In this document: piece by piece, positions 1-8,791 of the stretch
Layout: the number at the start of each line of letters is the position of its first letter
How positions within the stretch are numbered: position 1 is the stretch's first letter
Assembly (NCBI GenBank): GCA_016200085.1
Contig: JACQFL010000003.1
Location: forward strand, 25,505-89,504
Origin: Candidatus Rokuibacteriota bacterium
Lineage (GTDB): Bacteria > Methylomirabilota > Methylomirabilia > Rokubacteriales > CSP1-6
DNA length: 64,000 nucleotides
Direction of reading: 5' to 3'
Made by a program: the position numbers and the translations under genes
Notes under the pieces: generated by a model
Seen by the model: only the letters and a program-made list of their open reading frames with translations
Told to the model about the DNA's origin: nothing
The model's database searches: none

Positions 1-414
1 CGTCGCCACCCCGAGCAGGAGGCCCCACGCCTTGGCCGAGTAGGCGTGATAGCTCGGGGGCCGGCCGAACTTGATGAGCGAGACCGCGTACGCGGCGAGC
101 AGCGTGGCCACGACGGCGGCGAGCGGCCACCGGAAGGCGAGCACGACGTCGCGATGCACGAGCCAGGCGCTCGCGAAGACGCACGCGTAGAGGACGAGGT
201 CGGCGAGGCTGTCGGCGCGACGCAATCCCGCCGACGCGACGCCGAGGCGCCGCGCGATGACGCCGTCGAGGACGTCGGACAGGAACGCGGCGAGGAACAG
301 GACGACGAACCCCGCGCCCGCCTCCCCGTCGAGGGCGTCGACGAGCAGCAGGGGACCGGCGACGACGCGGAACGCGATGAGGAGGGCGGGGAGGGCGCGC
401 GCGCTCGGCGTCAT
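1..414 (-). CDS. CDP-alcohol phosphatidyltransferase family protein, partial (C-terminal end lies beyond the window start)
   Basis: My own reverse-strand translation from the ATG at 414-412 gives MTPSARALPALLIAFRVVAGPLLLVDALDGEAGAGFVVLFLAAFLSDVLDGVIARRLGVASAGLRRADSLADLV... It closely matches the DG-x2-AR...G...D-x3-D signature and is hydrophobic throughout. It is not in the ORF track because there is no stop codon inside the window. Confidence 0.7.
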   Translation of the reverse strand, partial: MTPSARALPALLIAFRVVAGPLLLVDALDGEAGAGFVVLFLAAFLSDVLDGVIARRLGVASAGLRRADSLADLVLYACVFASAWLVHRDVVLAFRWPLAAVVATLLAAYAVSLIKFGRPPSYHAYSAKAWGLLLGVAT

Positions 415-433
415 CGGCGGCGAGAGCCGGCGC

Positions 434-1927
434 TCACTCCGGCGGCGGCGGCGACCACTCCGGAGCGTTGAGGCGGCGCTTGCCGTCCTCGGCCAGGCGC
501 ACCGAGGGATCGCCCGGCTCGACGGCGCGGTCCCAGAGCTTGCACGTCACCTGCTTGTGGCGCTGGTCGAGGCCCTCGCAGTAGTTGGTGAACTCGCAGC
601 GCCGCACCAGGTGGCCGAGCCCGAGGCGGATCTTCCTGAACCAGTCGTGGTCGGCCAGGGTCTGGCGGGCGGCCGCCACCGCGTCGGCCTCGCCGCGGGC
701 CAGGATCTCCTCGGCGAGGTCGAACGAGCCGATCCCGCCGCTCGTGACCACCGGCGTCTGGCGTCCCGCCGCGCGGACGGCGCGACGGATGGCGGCGGCG
801 AGGGGCACGTTCCGTCCGAACGGCCCGCGCTCGTCGGAGATCACGGTCGGCATGCACTCCTGACCGGACTCGCCCGTGTAGGGATACACGGCCTCGCCGG
901 GCTTCGGCTGCTTGGCGTCCTCGAAGCGCCCGCCCTTCGAGACCGAGAGGTAATCGGCGCCCGCCTCGGCGAACCTGACGCCGAACCACACGGCATCGTC
1001 GAGGTCGCTGCCGCCCACGATCACCTCGTCGCCGAGGTAGCGGATGCCCACGGGATACCCGTCGCCCACGCGCCGCCGCACGGCGGCGAGCACCTCGAGC
1101 GGCAGCCGCACGCGCCCCTGCCGCGAGCCGCCGTAGCCGTCGGCGCGGACGTTCAGGCGTGAGAGGAACGAGGCCATCGTGTAAGCGTGGGCGTAGTGCA
1201 GCTCCACCCCGTCGAAGCCGGCGGTCCGGGCGCGCGCCGCCGCCTCCGTGAAGAGGCCCGGCAGCACGCCCGGCAGGTCGCGGATGTGGGGCAGGTGCAT
1301 GTCCCAGATCCGCTCGCGATAGCCGAAGTCGAGCGCCTCCAGCTCCCGCGCGGTCAGGATGCGCTCGATGACGGGTCGATCGGCGGCCTGCAGCCGCGCG
1401 CGCAGCTCCGCCTCCGGCGCCTCGATCCAGCGCGCCTCCCCGAGCGCGACCGCGGTGCGCCGGCGCACGTCAGCGTCGACGGCGAGGAAGCGGCCGAAGA
1501 ACCTGTCCGGCGTGGGCCGCCGGCGGACGGCCACGAAGTCGATGAGCTGGATGAAGAGCCGCGTGTGGCCGGCGCTCCGCTCCCGCACGGTCTCGACGAG
1601 CCGGCGCAGCCCGGGGACGAAGCGGTCGTCGCCGATCCGCAGCAGCGGGCCGCTGGGCACGTCGCGGATGCCCGTGGCCTCGACCACGAGCACGCCGGGG
1701 CGGCCCTCGGCGAAGCGCGCGTACCAGTCGATGACCTGCTCGGTGACGAGGCCGTCCCCGGTGGCGCGCCAGGGCACCATCGCGGGCACCCAGGTGCGCT
1801 GCTCGGCGACCAGGCGCGGGCCGATGGGCAGCGGCGAGAACCAGCGCGCGCGGGCGGCCTCGTCGCGGGTCGGCCAGCGGGCCGGCGGCAGCCGGTGACG
1901 GACGCGGCGGCGGGCGGTCACCGCCAT
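434..1927 (-). CDS. NADH:flavin oxidoreductase, Old Yellow Enzyme / 2,4-dienoyl-CoA reductase-like
   Basis: 497-aa ORF. The N-terminal TIM-barrel OYE-like sequence includes VPAMVPWRATGDGLVTEQVIDWYARFAEGRPGVLVVEATGI. The C-terminal Cys cluster (RRCEFTNYCEGLDQRHKQVTCKLW) is typical of the Fe-S-containing members. Confidence 0.8.
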   Translation of the reverse strand: MAVTARRRVRHRLPPARWPTRDEAARARWFSPLPIGPRLVAEQRTWVPAMVPWRATGDGLVTEQVIDWYARFAEGRPGVLVVEATGIRDVPSGPLLRIGDDRFVPGLRRLVETVRERSAGHTRLFIQLIDFVAVRRRPTPDRFFGRFLAVDADVRRRTAVALGEARWIEAPEAELRARLQAADRPVIERILTARELEALDFGYRERIWDMHLPHIRDLPGVLPGLFTEAAARARTAGFDGVELHYAHAYTMASFLSRLNVRADGYGGSRQGRVRLPLEVLAAVRRRVGDGYPVGIRYLGDEVIVGGSDLDDAVWFGVRFAEAGADYLSVSKGGRFEDAKQPKPGEAVYPYTGESGQECMPTVISDERGPFGRNVPLAAAIRRAVRAAGRQTPVVTSGGIGSFDLAEEILARGEADAVAAARQTLADHDWFRKIRLGLGHLVRRCEFTNYCEGLDQRHKQVTCKLWDRAVEPGDPSVRLAEDGKRRLNAPEWSPPPPE

Positions 1928-1931
1928 CGGG

Positions 1932-2345
1932 TCACGGCAGGACGGCGACCCCGTCGATCTCGATCAGGCAGCCGGCCTCGCGGTCGAACAGATCGCGGAC
2001 CCCGAGCAGGGTCATGGCGGGGAAGTGCTTGCCGAAGTGCTCGCGGTACACGCCGCCGATCTCTCTCAGGTGCTTCTTGTAGTCGTCGACGTCGAGCACG
2101 TGGATCGTGAGCTTGACGACGTCGGTCATCTGCCCGCCCGCCGAGGCCAGGAGCGCCCGGAGGTTCTCGCACACCTGGCGGAACTGGGCGACGACGTCCC
2201 CGGCGCCGACGACGCGCCCCTGCGCATCCGTCGCGACCTGTCCGGCCAGGAACAGCACGCGGCCGCCCCGCGCCTCGTAGCCGTGGGAGAAGCCCACGGG
2301 CCGGGCCAGGGCCGGGGGGTTGTGGGCCAGGATCTCTCGCGCCAT
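1932..2345 (-). CDS. RidA/YjgF/L-PSP family reactive-intermediate deaminase
   Basis: 137 aa. The sequence ...GFSHGYEARGGRVLFLAGQVATDAQGRVVGAGDVVAQFRQVCENLRALL...LIEIDGVAVLP matches the family pattern. Confidence 0.85.
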   Translation of the reverse strand: MAREILAHNPPALARPVGFSHGYEARGGRVLFLAGQVATDAQGRVVGAGDVVAQFRQVCENLRALLASAGGQMTDVVKLTIHVLDVDDYKKHLREIGGVYREHFGKHFPAMTLLGVRDLFDREAGCLIEIDGVAVLP

Positions 2346-2369
2346 GCCTTGTCCTCCTTCGTCACCGGC

Positions 2370-3125
2370 CTACGAGCCGTCCAGCACGATCATCTCACCG
2401 TTGGCCGCCTCGTCGTCGAGCAGGCGGACGGCGACGGCGGCGACCTCGGCCGGCTCGATCAGCCGGCCGCCCGGATTGATGCGCGCCAGTGCCCGCACCG
2501 CGTCGTCGAAGGTCGTGCCCGTCTTGGCCACGATGTTGCGCGCCGCGTTCCACACGACGTCGGTGGCCGCGTAGCCCGGGCAGATCGCGTTCACCGTCAC
2601 ACCCTTGCCCGTGACCTCGGCGGCCAGCGCCCGTGTGAAGCCGACGAGCGCGTGCTTGGAGGCCGTGTACGCGGTGACGTAGGGCGCGCCGTAGAGCCCG
2701 GCGAGCGAGGCGACGTTGATCACGCGCCCCCAGCGCCGCGCCAGCATGCCAGGCAGCACCTCGCGCGTCAGCAGATACGGCCCCGTCGCGTTGACGCGCA
2801 TGTGCCGCTCCCACATTTCCGGGTCGGTGCGCGCCAGTGTCGCCGACTCCGCGACCCCGGCATTGTTGACGAGCACATCGACGGGCCCCAGCGCGGAGAC
2901 GACTTCGCCAACGCCTCGCGCAATGGCCGCCGCATCCGTGACGTCGAGCACCAGGGCGAAAGCCCGCGCGCCGGTCTTGCCCACCGCCGCCGTCTCCTCC
3001 ACCTGCTCCCGCGTGCGCGCCGCGACGGCGACCGCCAGGCCCGCGCGCGCGTAGGCGAGCGCGATCTCCCGCCCGATGCCCCGCCCGCCCCCGGTGATCA
3101 ACGCCACGCGCGGTGTGGTCGCCAT
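2370..3125 (-). CDS. Short-chain dehydrogenase/reductase (3-oxoacyl-ACP reductase-like)
   Basis: The internal Met of ORF 2370..3491 gives MATTPRVALITGGGRGIGREIALAYARAG... with a TGxxxGIG Rossmann motif, NNAG, and YxxxK (YTASKHAL). The upstream 122 codons of the ORF are Arg/Pro-rich junk. Confidence 0.85.
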   Translation of the reverse strand: MATTPRVALITGGGRGIGREIALAYARAGLAVAVAARTREQVEETAAVGKTGARAFALVLDVTDAAAIARGVGEVVSALGPVDVLVNNAGVAESATLARTDPEMWERHMRVNATGPYLLTREVLPGMLARRWGRVINVASLAGLYGAPYVTAYTASKHALVGFTRALAAEVTGKGVTVNAICPGYAATDVVWNAARNIVAKTGTTFDDAVRALARINPGGRLIEPAEVAAVAVRLLDDEAANGEMIVLDGS

Positions 3126-3138
3126 CGGCGCGCGGCCC

Positions 3139-3318
3139 TCAAGGACTCTGGACGCAGAACAGGAAGAAGATGGGGCGCGTGGCGTCCAGGGTCTGGCCGT
3201 ACCGGGGCTCGTCGAGGCAGCGCACGCGCGGCCCGGTGCTCGTCGGCGACGAGGCCGGGGCGGCGCAGCCGGCGAGCGCGACGAGGCCGCCCAGGAGGAG
3301 AGGGAGGAGCGCGCGCAT
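3139..3318 (-). CDS. Small putative lipoprotein (59 aa)
   Basis: The tail of shadow ORF 3139..4569 reads MRALLPLLLGGLVALAGCAAPASS..., which has a signal peptide with an L-A-G-C lipobox. It exactly fills the gap between the SDR and CoA-transferase genes. I recognise no homology. Confidence 0.35.
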   Translation of the reverse strand: MRALLPLLLGGLVALAGCAAPASSPTSTGPRVRCLDEPRYGQTLDATRPIFFLFCVQSP

Positions 3319-3342
3319 GGCGGGCTTATTATAGGGGCCCTC

Positions 3343-4614
3343 ATGGCCCGCCCCTTCACGAAGACCACCCTGTCCGGCGCCGTCGAGCGCTTGCGCCCGG
3401 GCATGAAGGTGCTCCTGCCGCCGGGCTGCGGCGAGCCGCGCGCGCTGGTGGGCGAGATCTGCCGCCAGGCCGATCGCCTGCGCGATCTCACGCTGCTGCA
3501 CGGCGTCCATCTGGGCGACTATCCGTTCGCGCGTCCCGAGACCGCCGCCCTCCGCGTCGCCACCTGGCACATGTCGCCGCGGCTGGACGACGGCCGTCGC
3601 CGCGGCCGCGTGCAGTTCGTGCCCATCCGGTACTTCGACCTCCTCACGGAGTTCGTCGCGGGCGGCGCCTGGGCGCCGGACTGCGTGCTCGTGCACTGCG
3701 CGCCGCCCGACGCGCGCGGGTGGTTGAGCCTCGGCGTGTCCGTCAGCGTGAGCCTGCCGGCGGCCCGGCGCGCGCCCCTCGTGATCGCCCAGGTCAACCC
3801 GCGCATGCCGCGCACGCGCGGCAACGCGTGGCTGCACGCGAGCCAGATCGACGTGCGCGTGGACGTCGACGAGCCGCTCTACGAGTACCCGGCGCCCGTG
3901 GTCAGGGACACCGAGCGGGCCATCGGCCGCGCGGTCGCCGGCGTCATCCCCGATGGCGCCACGGTGCAGGTGGGGGTCGGGGCCATCCCGCAGGCCGTCC
4001 TCGAGGCGCTCGGCGATCATCGCGACCTCGGCCTGCACTCGTTGCTGGTCGACGCCGGCGTGACGCTCGTGGAACGGGGCGTGGTCACCAACGCCAAGCG
4101 GCTGCACCCCGGGCGCATGGACATCGCCGAGGTCATGGGCACGCGCCGCGTGGTCGACTTCGTCCACGACAACGGCGCCGTCAACATGGAGCCGGCCACG
4201 CTCACCCACGATCCCGAGGTCGTGGCCCGGCTGGACCGGTTCGTGGCCGTCAACTCCGCGCTGGAAGTGGACCTCACCGGGCAGGTGACGGCCGAGAGCC
4301 TGGGGATGCGGCAGGTGGCGGGCATCGGCGGCCAGTTCGACTTCGCGCTCGGCGCCTCGCGCTCGCGCGGGGGCGTGTCGGTGATCGCGCTGCCCTCGAC
4401 GGGCGGGCGCGAGGGCGCCGCCTCGCGGATCGTGAGGCACCTGGCCGCGGGATCGGCGGTGACCACGCCGCGGTTCGTGGCGGACTGCGTGGTGACGGAG
4501 CACGGGGTGGCGCGGCTCCGGGGACGCGGGGAGCGGGAACGGGCCGCGGCCCTGATCGCCGTGGCCCACCCGCGCGTGCGCGAGGAGCTGGAGCGGAGCC
4601 TTACGTCTTCCTAG
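3343..4614 (+). CDS. Acetyl-CoA hydrolase/transferase family protein (4-hydroxybutyrate CoA-transferase-like)
   Basis: Met90 of ORF 3076..4614 starts MARPFTKTTLSGAVERLRPGMKVLLPPGCGEP... Downstream motifs include ...VQVGVGAIPQAV... and ...EVDLTGQVTAES..GGQFDF..GA, which are typical of the family. Confidence 0.8.
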   Translation: MARPFTKTTLSGAVERLRPGMKVLLPPGCGEPRALVGEICRQADRLRDLTLLHGVHLGDYPFARPETAALRVATWHMSPRLDDGRRRGRVQFVPIRYFDLLTEFVAGGAWAPDCVLVHCAPPDARGWLSLGVSVSVSLPAARRAPLVIAQVNPRMPRTRGNAWLHASQIDVRVDVDEPLYEYPAPVVRDTERAIGRAVAGVIPDGATVQVGVGAIPQAVLEALGDHRDLGLHSLLVDAGVTLVERGVVTNAKRLHPGRMDIAEVMGTRRVVDFVHDNGAVNMEPATLTHDPEVVARLDRFVAVNSALEVDLTGQVTAESLGMRQVAGIGGQFDFALGASRSRGGVSVIALPSTGGREGAASRIVRHLAAGSAVTTPRFVADCVVTEHGVARLRGRGERERAAALIAVAHPRVREELERSLTSS

Positions 4615-4828
4615 CCTCGATCTTCGCGAAGATCTCCTCGTCCTCGGGGAACCGGTACGTCGTCTCGTTCGTGTAGACGGTGTCGCCGTCGATGGCGACC
4701 TCGAAGATCCCGCCGAAGCCTTCCTTCAATCGCGCGGTGATGCCGTACTTGGTCTTGATGGCGGCCTGCAGACTGGAGGCCTGGGGGAGGTAGTTTCACT
4801 CGCTGCAGTACGTGATGGCGATGTCCAT
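4601..4828 (-). CDS. SelW-like / Rdx-family selenoprotein (75 aa) with an in-frame UGA (Sec) at 4798-4796
   Basis: My own translation is MDIAITYCSE-U-NYLPQASSLQAAIKTKYGITARLKEGFGGIFEVAIDGDTVYTNETTYRFPEDEEIFAKIEARKT, ending at a TAA. It has a CxxU motif and a GGIFEV..DG...FP core. AAGGAGG lies 6 nt upstream of the ATG. The ORF track shows only the 10-codon stub before the TGA. Confidence 0.75.
4763..4781 (-). promoter_or_regulatory. Candidate bacterial SECIS hairpin
   Basis: The mRNA sequence GGCCUCCAGUCUGCAGGCC begins 14 nt after the UGA. It forms a 5-bp stem, a C:C mismatch and 2 further bp, with G-U in the apical loop. Confidence 0.45.
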
Positions 4829-4880
4829 CGGGCCCTCCTTGTCCGGGATCGGCGAAGTCATTGTAGCATCCGCGGTTGAG

Positions 4881-5828
4881 ATGCGGGATCGGCGGCGGAT
4901 TCGCAGGACCCCCACGGTCATCGACACGGACCCGGGGGTGGACGATGCCCTTGCCCTGCTGCTGGCGTGGGGCTCCCCGGAGCTGCGCGTCCTGGCCCTG
5001 ACCGTCGTGGCCGGGAACGCGGCCCTCGCGGACACCGTGCGCAACGCCGGGCGCCTCGTCGCGGTGCGCCGTCCGCTCCGGCCGCCCCGGATCGTTCCCG
5101 GCGCCGCGTCGCCCTTGCGCCGGCCCCTGGTGACGGCCACGCACTACCACGGTGAGGACGGCCTGGGCGACGTCGCCGACTGGCCCGCGGTGGCGCCGCC
5201 CCCGGCCTCGCCGTCCGCAGCGGAGATGCTCGTCGCGTTCGCCAGGATCCACGCCGAGCGGCTGACCCTGGTGGCGCTCGGACCGCTCACGAACGTCGCG
5301 CTCGCCGTGCGCGAAGACGCCGAGTCCATGCGGCGGATCGGCCGGGTGGTGGTGATGGGCGGCGCCGTCGACGTGCCGGGCAACGTGACCCCGGACGCCG
5401 AGTTCAACGCCCACGTCGATCCCGATGCCGCGCGCGAGGTCTTCGACGCGGGCTTGCGGATCGATCTGGTGCCGCTCGACGCCACCCGGCAGGCGGCCAT
5501 CACGCGGAAGCGCTTCATGGTGGTGCTGGGCCCGCGCCCTCATCCGCGCGAGGGGCCCTCCGGCCTGCTCGCCCGGCGGATCGCCGCCCTCACGGAGCAG
5601 GCGTTCGCGCGCGAGGGGCCCCGCGGCATGCATCTGCACGATCCGCTCGCGGTCGGTCTCGCCGTGGACGCGACCCTCGCCACCTGGGAGCCCGTGCGCA
5701 TCGCCGTGGGCGACGGCGGGGAGACCCGCCGGACGCCCGGGCCGGCGAACTGTCGCGTGGCGCGCGTGGTCGACACCGACCGGTTCATCGACTTCTTCCT
5801 GGAGCGTCTGTGCCCCGCGTCCTCGTGA
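4881..5828 (+). CDS. Nucleoside hydrolase (inosine/uridine-preferring, IUNH family)
   Basis: The N-terminal motif VIDTDPGVDDALALLLA (DxDxxxDD) is present, with GPLTN and ...EFN..VDP.. downstream. The start is taken at Met24 of ORF 4812..5828 so that it does not overlap the selenoprotein start. Confidence 0.85.
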   Translation: MRDRRRIRRTPTVIDTDPGVDDALALLLAWGSPELRVLALTVVAGNAALADTVRNAGRLVAVRRPLRPPRIVPGAASPLRRPLVTATHYHGEDGLGDVADWPAVAPPPASPSAAEMLVAFARIHAERLTLVALGPLTNVALAVREDAESMRRIGRVVVMGGAVDVPGNVTPDAEFNAHVDPDAAREVFDAGLRIDLVPLDATRQAAITRKRFMVVLGPRPHPREGPSGLLARRIAALTEQAFAREGPRGMHLHDPLAVGLAVDATLATWEPVRIAVGDGGETRRTPGPANCRVARVVDTDRFIDFFLERLCPASS

Positions 5829-6727
5829 TCGGCTCCGCCAACGTGGATTACACCGTGGCGGCGCCGCGCCTGCCGTCGCCGGGAGAGACCGTGAGCGAGG
5901 GTACGCTGCTGGTCAATCACGGCGGCAAGGGCGCCAACCAGGCCGTGGCGGCGCGGCGGCTCGGCGCCGAGGTGCGCCTGATCGCGTGTGTCGGCGACGA
6001 CGCCTCCGGCGCTGGCGTGCGCGCAGCGCTGGAGGGCGACGGCGTCGGGACGGCCGGCGTGGTGACGACCGCGGAGGCGGCCACCGGCACGGCGCTGATC
6101 GTCGTGGACCGCGAGGGCCGGAACCAGATCGCCGTCGCCCCCGGGGCCAACCGCCTGCTCTCGGTGGACCACGTCCGCGCGCGCGAGGACGACTTCGCGT
6201 GGGCGGACGTCGTCGTCTGCCAGCTCGAGATTCCCGTGCCGACGGTCGCCTGGGCGCTCGCACGAGCGCGCCGCGCCGGCGCCACGACGGTACTCAACCC
6301 GGCGCCCGCGCCGGACGCGTCGATCGACGCGCTGCTGCCGCTCGTCGACTTGCTCACGCCGAACGAGGGCGAGGCCGGACGTCTGAGCGGCGTGGCGGTG
6401 ACCGACGAGGCGAGCGCGGGACGGGCCGGCGACGCGCTCCGCGCGCGGGGCGTGGCCACCGTGATCGTCACCCGCGGGGGTGACGGCGTGGTGGCGTGCG
6501 GCGCGGACGGGCGGCTGGCGTGCGACGCTTACCGGGTGGAGGTCGTGGACACGACGGCCGCGGGCGACGCCTTCAACGGCGCGCTCGCGGTGGCCCTCGC
6601 CGAGCGCAGCCCGCTCGCCGACGCCCTCCGCTTCGCGGGCGCCGCCGCGGCGCTGGCGTGCACGCGCCGGGGGGCCCAGCCGTCACTGCCGACGCGCGCC
6701 GACGTGGAACGCCTGCATCAGGCGTGA
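5810..6727 (+). CDS. rbsK: Ribokinase
   Basis: The sequence runs MPRVLVIGSANVDYTV...GGKGANQAVAA...DTTAAGDAFNGALA, which are PfkB/ribokinase signatures. It overlaps the upstream nucleoside hydrolase gene by 19 nt, consistent with an operon. Confidence 0.9.
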   Translation: MPRVLVIGSANVDYTVAAPRLPSPGETVSEGTLLVNHGGKGANQAVAARRLGAEVRLIACVGDDASGAGVRAALEGDGVGTAGVVTTAEAATGTALIVVDREGRNQIAVAPGANRLLSVDHVRAREDDFAWADVVVCQLEIPVPTVAWALARARRAGATTVLNPAPAPDASIDALLPLVDLLTPNEGEAGRLSGVAVTDEASAGRAGDALRARGVATVIVTRGGDGVVACGADGRLACDAYRVEVVDTTAAGDAFNGALAVALAERSPLADALRFAGAAAALACTRRGAQPSLPTRADVERLHQA

Positions 6728-6749
6728 GCGTGAGACGGCGAGGGCTGGC

Positions 6750-7907
6750 TCATCGCGCCAGCTCGGCCGCGCGCATCTTGAAGCGACGGACCCGGTCGAG
6801 GGCCGTCGCGACCTGGGCGGAGCGGAGACGCCCGTCGCCGAGCGCCTGGCCCAGCTCGGCCAGGGCCACGGCCGAGGCGGCGCGGCCGTCGAGCATCCGA
6901 TCCTGGGCGAGGATCAGCACGTCTACGCCGGCACGGACGGCGAGGACCGCGGCCGCGGCGACGCCGTACTGTTGCTCGATGGCCCCCATCCGGAGATCGT
7001 CGGCGACGACGAGGCCGTCGTAGTCCAGCGTCCGGCGCAGCAGCCCCGTCACCGTGGGCCGCGAGAGCGTGGCCGGGTAACGCCAGTCCAGTCGCCGGTT
7101 GAACACGTGCGCGGTCATGATGCTGTCCACCAGCCCCTCGCGGAGGAGCGCGCGATACGGCGCCAGCTCGAGGCTGCGGCTCGCGGTGTCGGTGACGTCG
7201 ACGAAGCCGAGGTGCGAGTCGGCAAAGCTCGAGCCGTGGCCGGGGAAGTGCTTGATCGTGGTGATCACCCCGGCGGCGTGCATGCCGCGGATCCACACCC
7301 GCGCCTGCGCGGTGACGAGCTCGGGGTCGGCGCCGAAGCTCCGGCCCCAGGCGGTGATGACGGGGTTGGCGGGGTTGTAGCCGACGTCCACGACGGGCGC
7401 GAGGTTCCAGCGGATGCCCGTGGCGCGCAGGCGCTCGCCGATCCGGCGGGCCTCGAGCTCGGTGAGCGCGAGGTCGTTGGCGGAGCCCAGCTCCTCGGCC
7501 GAGAACGTCGGGTCGTAGCCCGCGGCGGCGCCGAGCCGCATCACCCGCCCGCCCTCGGCATCGACGGCGACGAGCGGCGCCCGCCCCGCGCACGCCATGG
7601 CGCGCTCGCGGATGGCCGTCGTCAGCCCGCGCACCTGGATCTGGTTGACGACGTTGCGTCCGAAGAGCAACACCGAGCCGACGCGCGCCTCGCACAACAA
7701 TCTCTCCAACTCGAGATTGCCATCGACCTCCGTCCCGGAAAATCCGACGAGCAGCAACTCCCCCAGATCACGATCCATCCCAGGCAGCGCCGCTGGCATG
7801 ACCGTTCGGCAGGCGGACTGCATCGTGGCTCCAAGGGCGAGCAGGACGCCGAGAAGGGTCCAGATGCGAGGCGGCGAGGGAGTGGGCGACCGAGGCGTAT
7901 GCCGCAT
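6750..7907 (-). CDS. nagZ: Glycoside hydrolase family 3 beta-N-acetylhexosaminidase (NagZ-like), secreted
   Basis: Motifs present are ...AVDAEGGRVMRL..., ...NLAPVVDV... and KHFPGHGSSFADSHLG. There is an N-terminal hydrophobic signal-like segment. Confidence 0.8.
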   Translation of the reverse strand: MRHTPRSPTPSPPRIWTLLGVLLALGATMQSACRTVMPAALPGMDRDLGELLLVGFSGTEVDGNLELERLLCEARVGSVLLFGRNVVNQIQVRGLTTAIRERAMACAGRAPLVAVDAEGGRVMRLGAAAGYDPTFSAEELGSANDLALTELEARRIGERLRATGIRWNLAPVVDVGYNPANPVITAWGRSFGADPELVTAQARVWIRGMHAAGVITTIKHFPGHGSSFADSHLGFVDVTDTASRSLELAPYRALLREGLVDSIMTAHVFNRRLDWRYPATLSRPTVTGLLRRTLDYDGLVVADDLRMGAIEQQYGVAAAAVLAVRAGVDVLILAQDRMLDGRAASAVALAELGQALGDGRLRSAQVATALDRVRRFKMRAAELAR

Positions 7908-7951
7908 ACGCCGCAGGAAGCCCCGACCGAGCCAACGAAGCAGATGGGCCC

Positions 7952-8737
7952 TTATCGGCGCCCTCGTGCAGCAGAAACCAGCGCCCGAGCTCTGTGACCG
8001 TCCACGGGCTTTCGCACGTCGCCATCGCGCTTGACCGCCGTCCCCACGATCACCCCCTCCGCGATCGCCAGCAGCTCGGCGACGCTCTCCGCGGTCACGC
8101 CGCTGCCGACCAGCACCGGCGTGGCGCCCACGGCGCTGCGCACGCGCTTGAGGTCGGCGAGCGCCGCCGCCTCGCCGGTGGCGCGGCCGGTGACCACGAG
8201 GGCGTCGGCGAGGCCCCGGTGGACGAGATCCCGCGCCTCCTGCTCGATGTCCACGGGCGCCAGCGGCGCGGCGTGCTTGCCCTGGACATCAGCGAAGAGC
8301 CGCACGTCGGCGTCGAGGAGACGCCGGTCCCGCAGGGTGGCGTGGGCGTCGGTCTGCACGATGCCCTGGTCGGCGACGACCGCGCCGAAGTGGACGTTGA
8401 CGCGGACGAACCGGGCCCCGACCGCGCAGGCGACGGCGAGGGCGGAGCGCGCGTCGTTCTTCAGCACGTTGATCCCCATCGGCACGGCGGGCAGCGCCCG
8501 GCGGATCGCGGCCGCGATCACGCTCATGGCTGCCACTGTGGCGGCCTCGACCCGGCCGGCGGTGAAGGGGGCGTCGCCGTGGTTCTCGAGCAGGAGCGCG
8601 TCGAACCCGGCCTCGGCGAGGGCCTGCGCATCGGCGAGGGCGGAGGCGACGGCGGCGTCCATCGAGCCGCTCCAGCGGGGACTGCCGGGCAGCGGCGGCA
8701 GATGCACCATGCCGATGAGCGTGCGCTCGAGTCGCAT
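7952..8737 (-). CDS. BtpA/SgcQ family protein
   Basis: The N-terminus LIGMVHLPPLPGSPRW is the hallmark of the BtpA family. The protein is 261 aa and TIM-barrel-like. Confidence 0.75.
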   Translation of the reverse strand: MRLERTLIGMVHLPPLPGSPRWSGSMDAAVASALADAQALAEAGFDALLLENHGDAPFTAGRVEAATVAAMSVIAAAIRRALPAVPMGINVLKNDARSALAVACAVGARFVRVNVHFGAVVADQGIVQTDAHATLRDRRLLDADVRLFADVQGKHAAPLAPVDIEQEARDLVHRGLADALVVTGRATGEAAALADLKRVRSAVGATPVLVGSGVTAESVAELLAIAEGVIVGTAVKRDGDVRKPVDGHRARALVSAARGRR

Positions 8738-8791
8738 GGGGCTCGAATTGTAACACGCGCGTCCGGTCGCTATAGTGGCGCGGGCACGTCA

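Noticed and set aside
3126-3491. The N-terminal 122-codon extension of the SDR ORF (listed start 3491).
   Set aside because: The extension is Arg/Ser/Pro-rich and would overlap the CoA-transferase gene start. The Rossmann TGGGRGIG motif lies 10 residues after the internal Met at 3125, which is the normal position for SDRs.
2025-4676. An 883-aa plus-strand ORF, together with similar long ORFs (for example 8789..10480 -, 10092..11951 +, 10687..12669 -, 47564..49621 -, 59406..61028 -).
   Set aside because: The reasoning is the same as above. These ORFs have Arg/Pro/Gly-dominated composition and no motifs. Each overlaps a gene with clear family signatures in another frame.
4812-4880. The ORF-track start (GTG at 4812) for the nucleoside hydrolase.
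   Set aside because: The 23 extra codons (MMAMSIGPSLSGIGEVIVASAVE) would overlap the divergent selenoprotein start and its SD sequence. They also precede the conserved N-terminal DxDxxxDD motif by an atypical distance. The ATG at 4881 is preferred.
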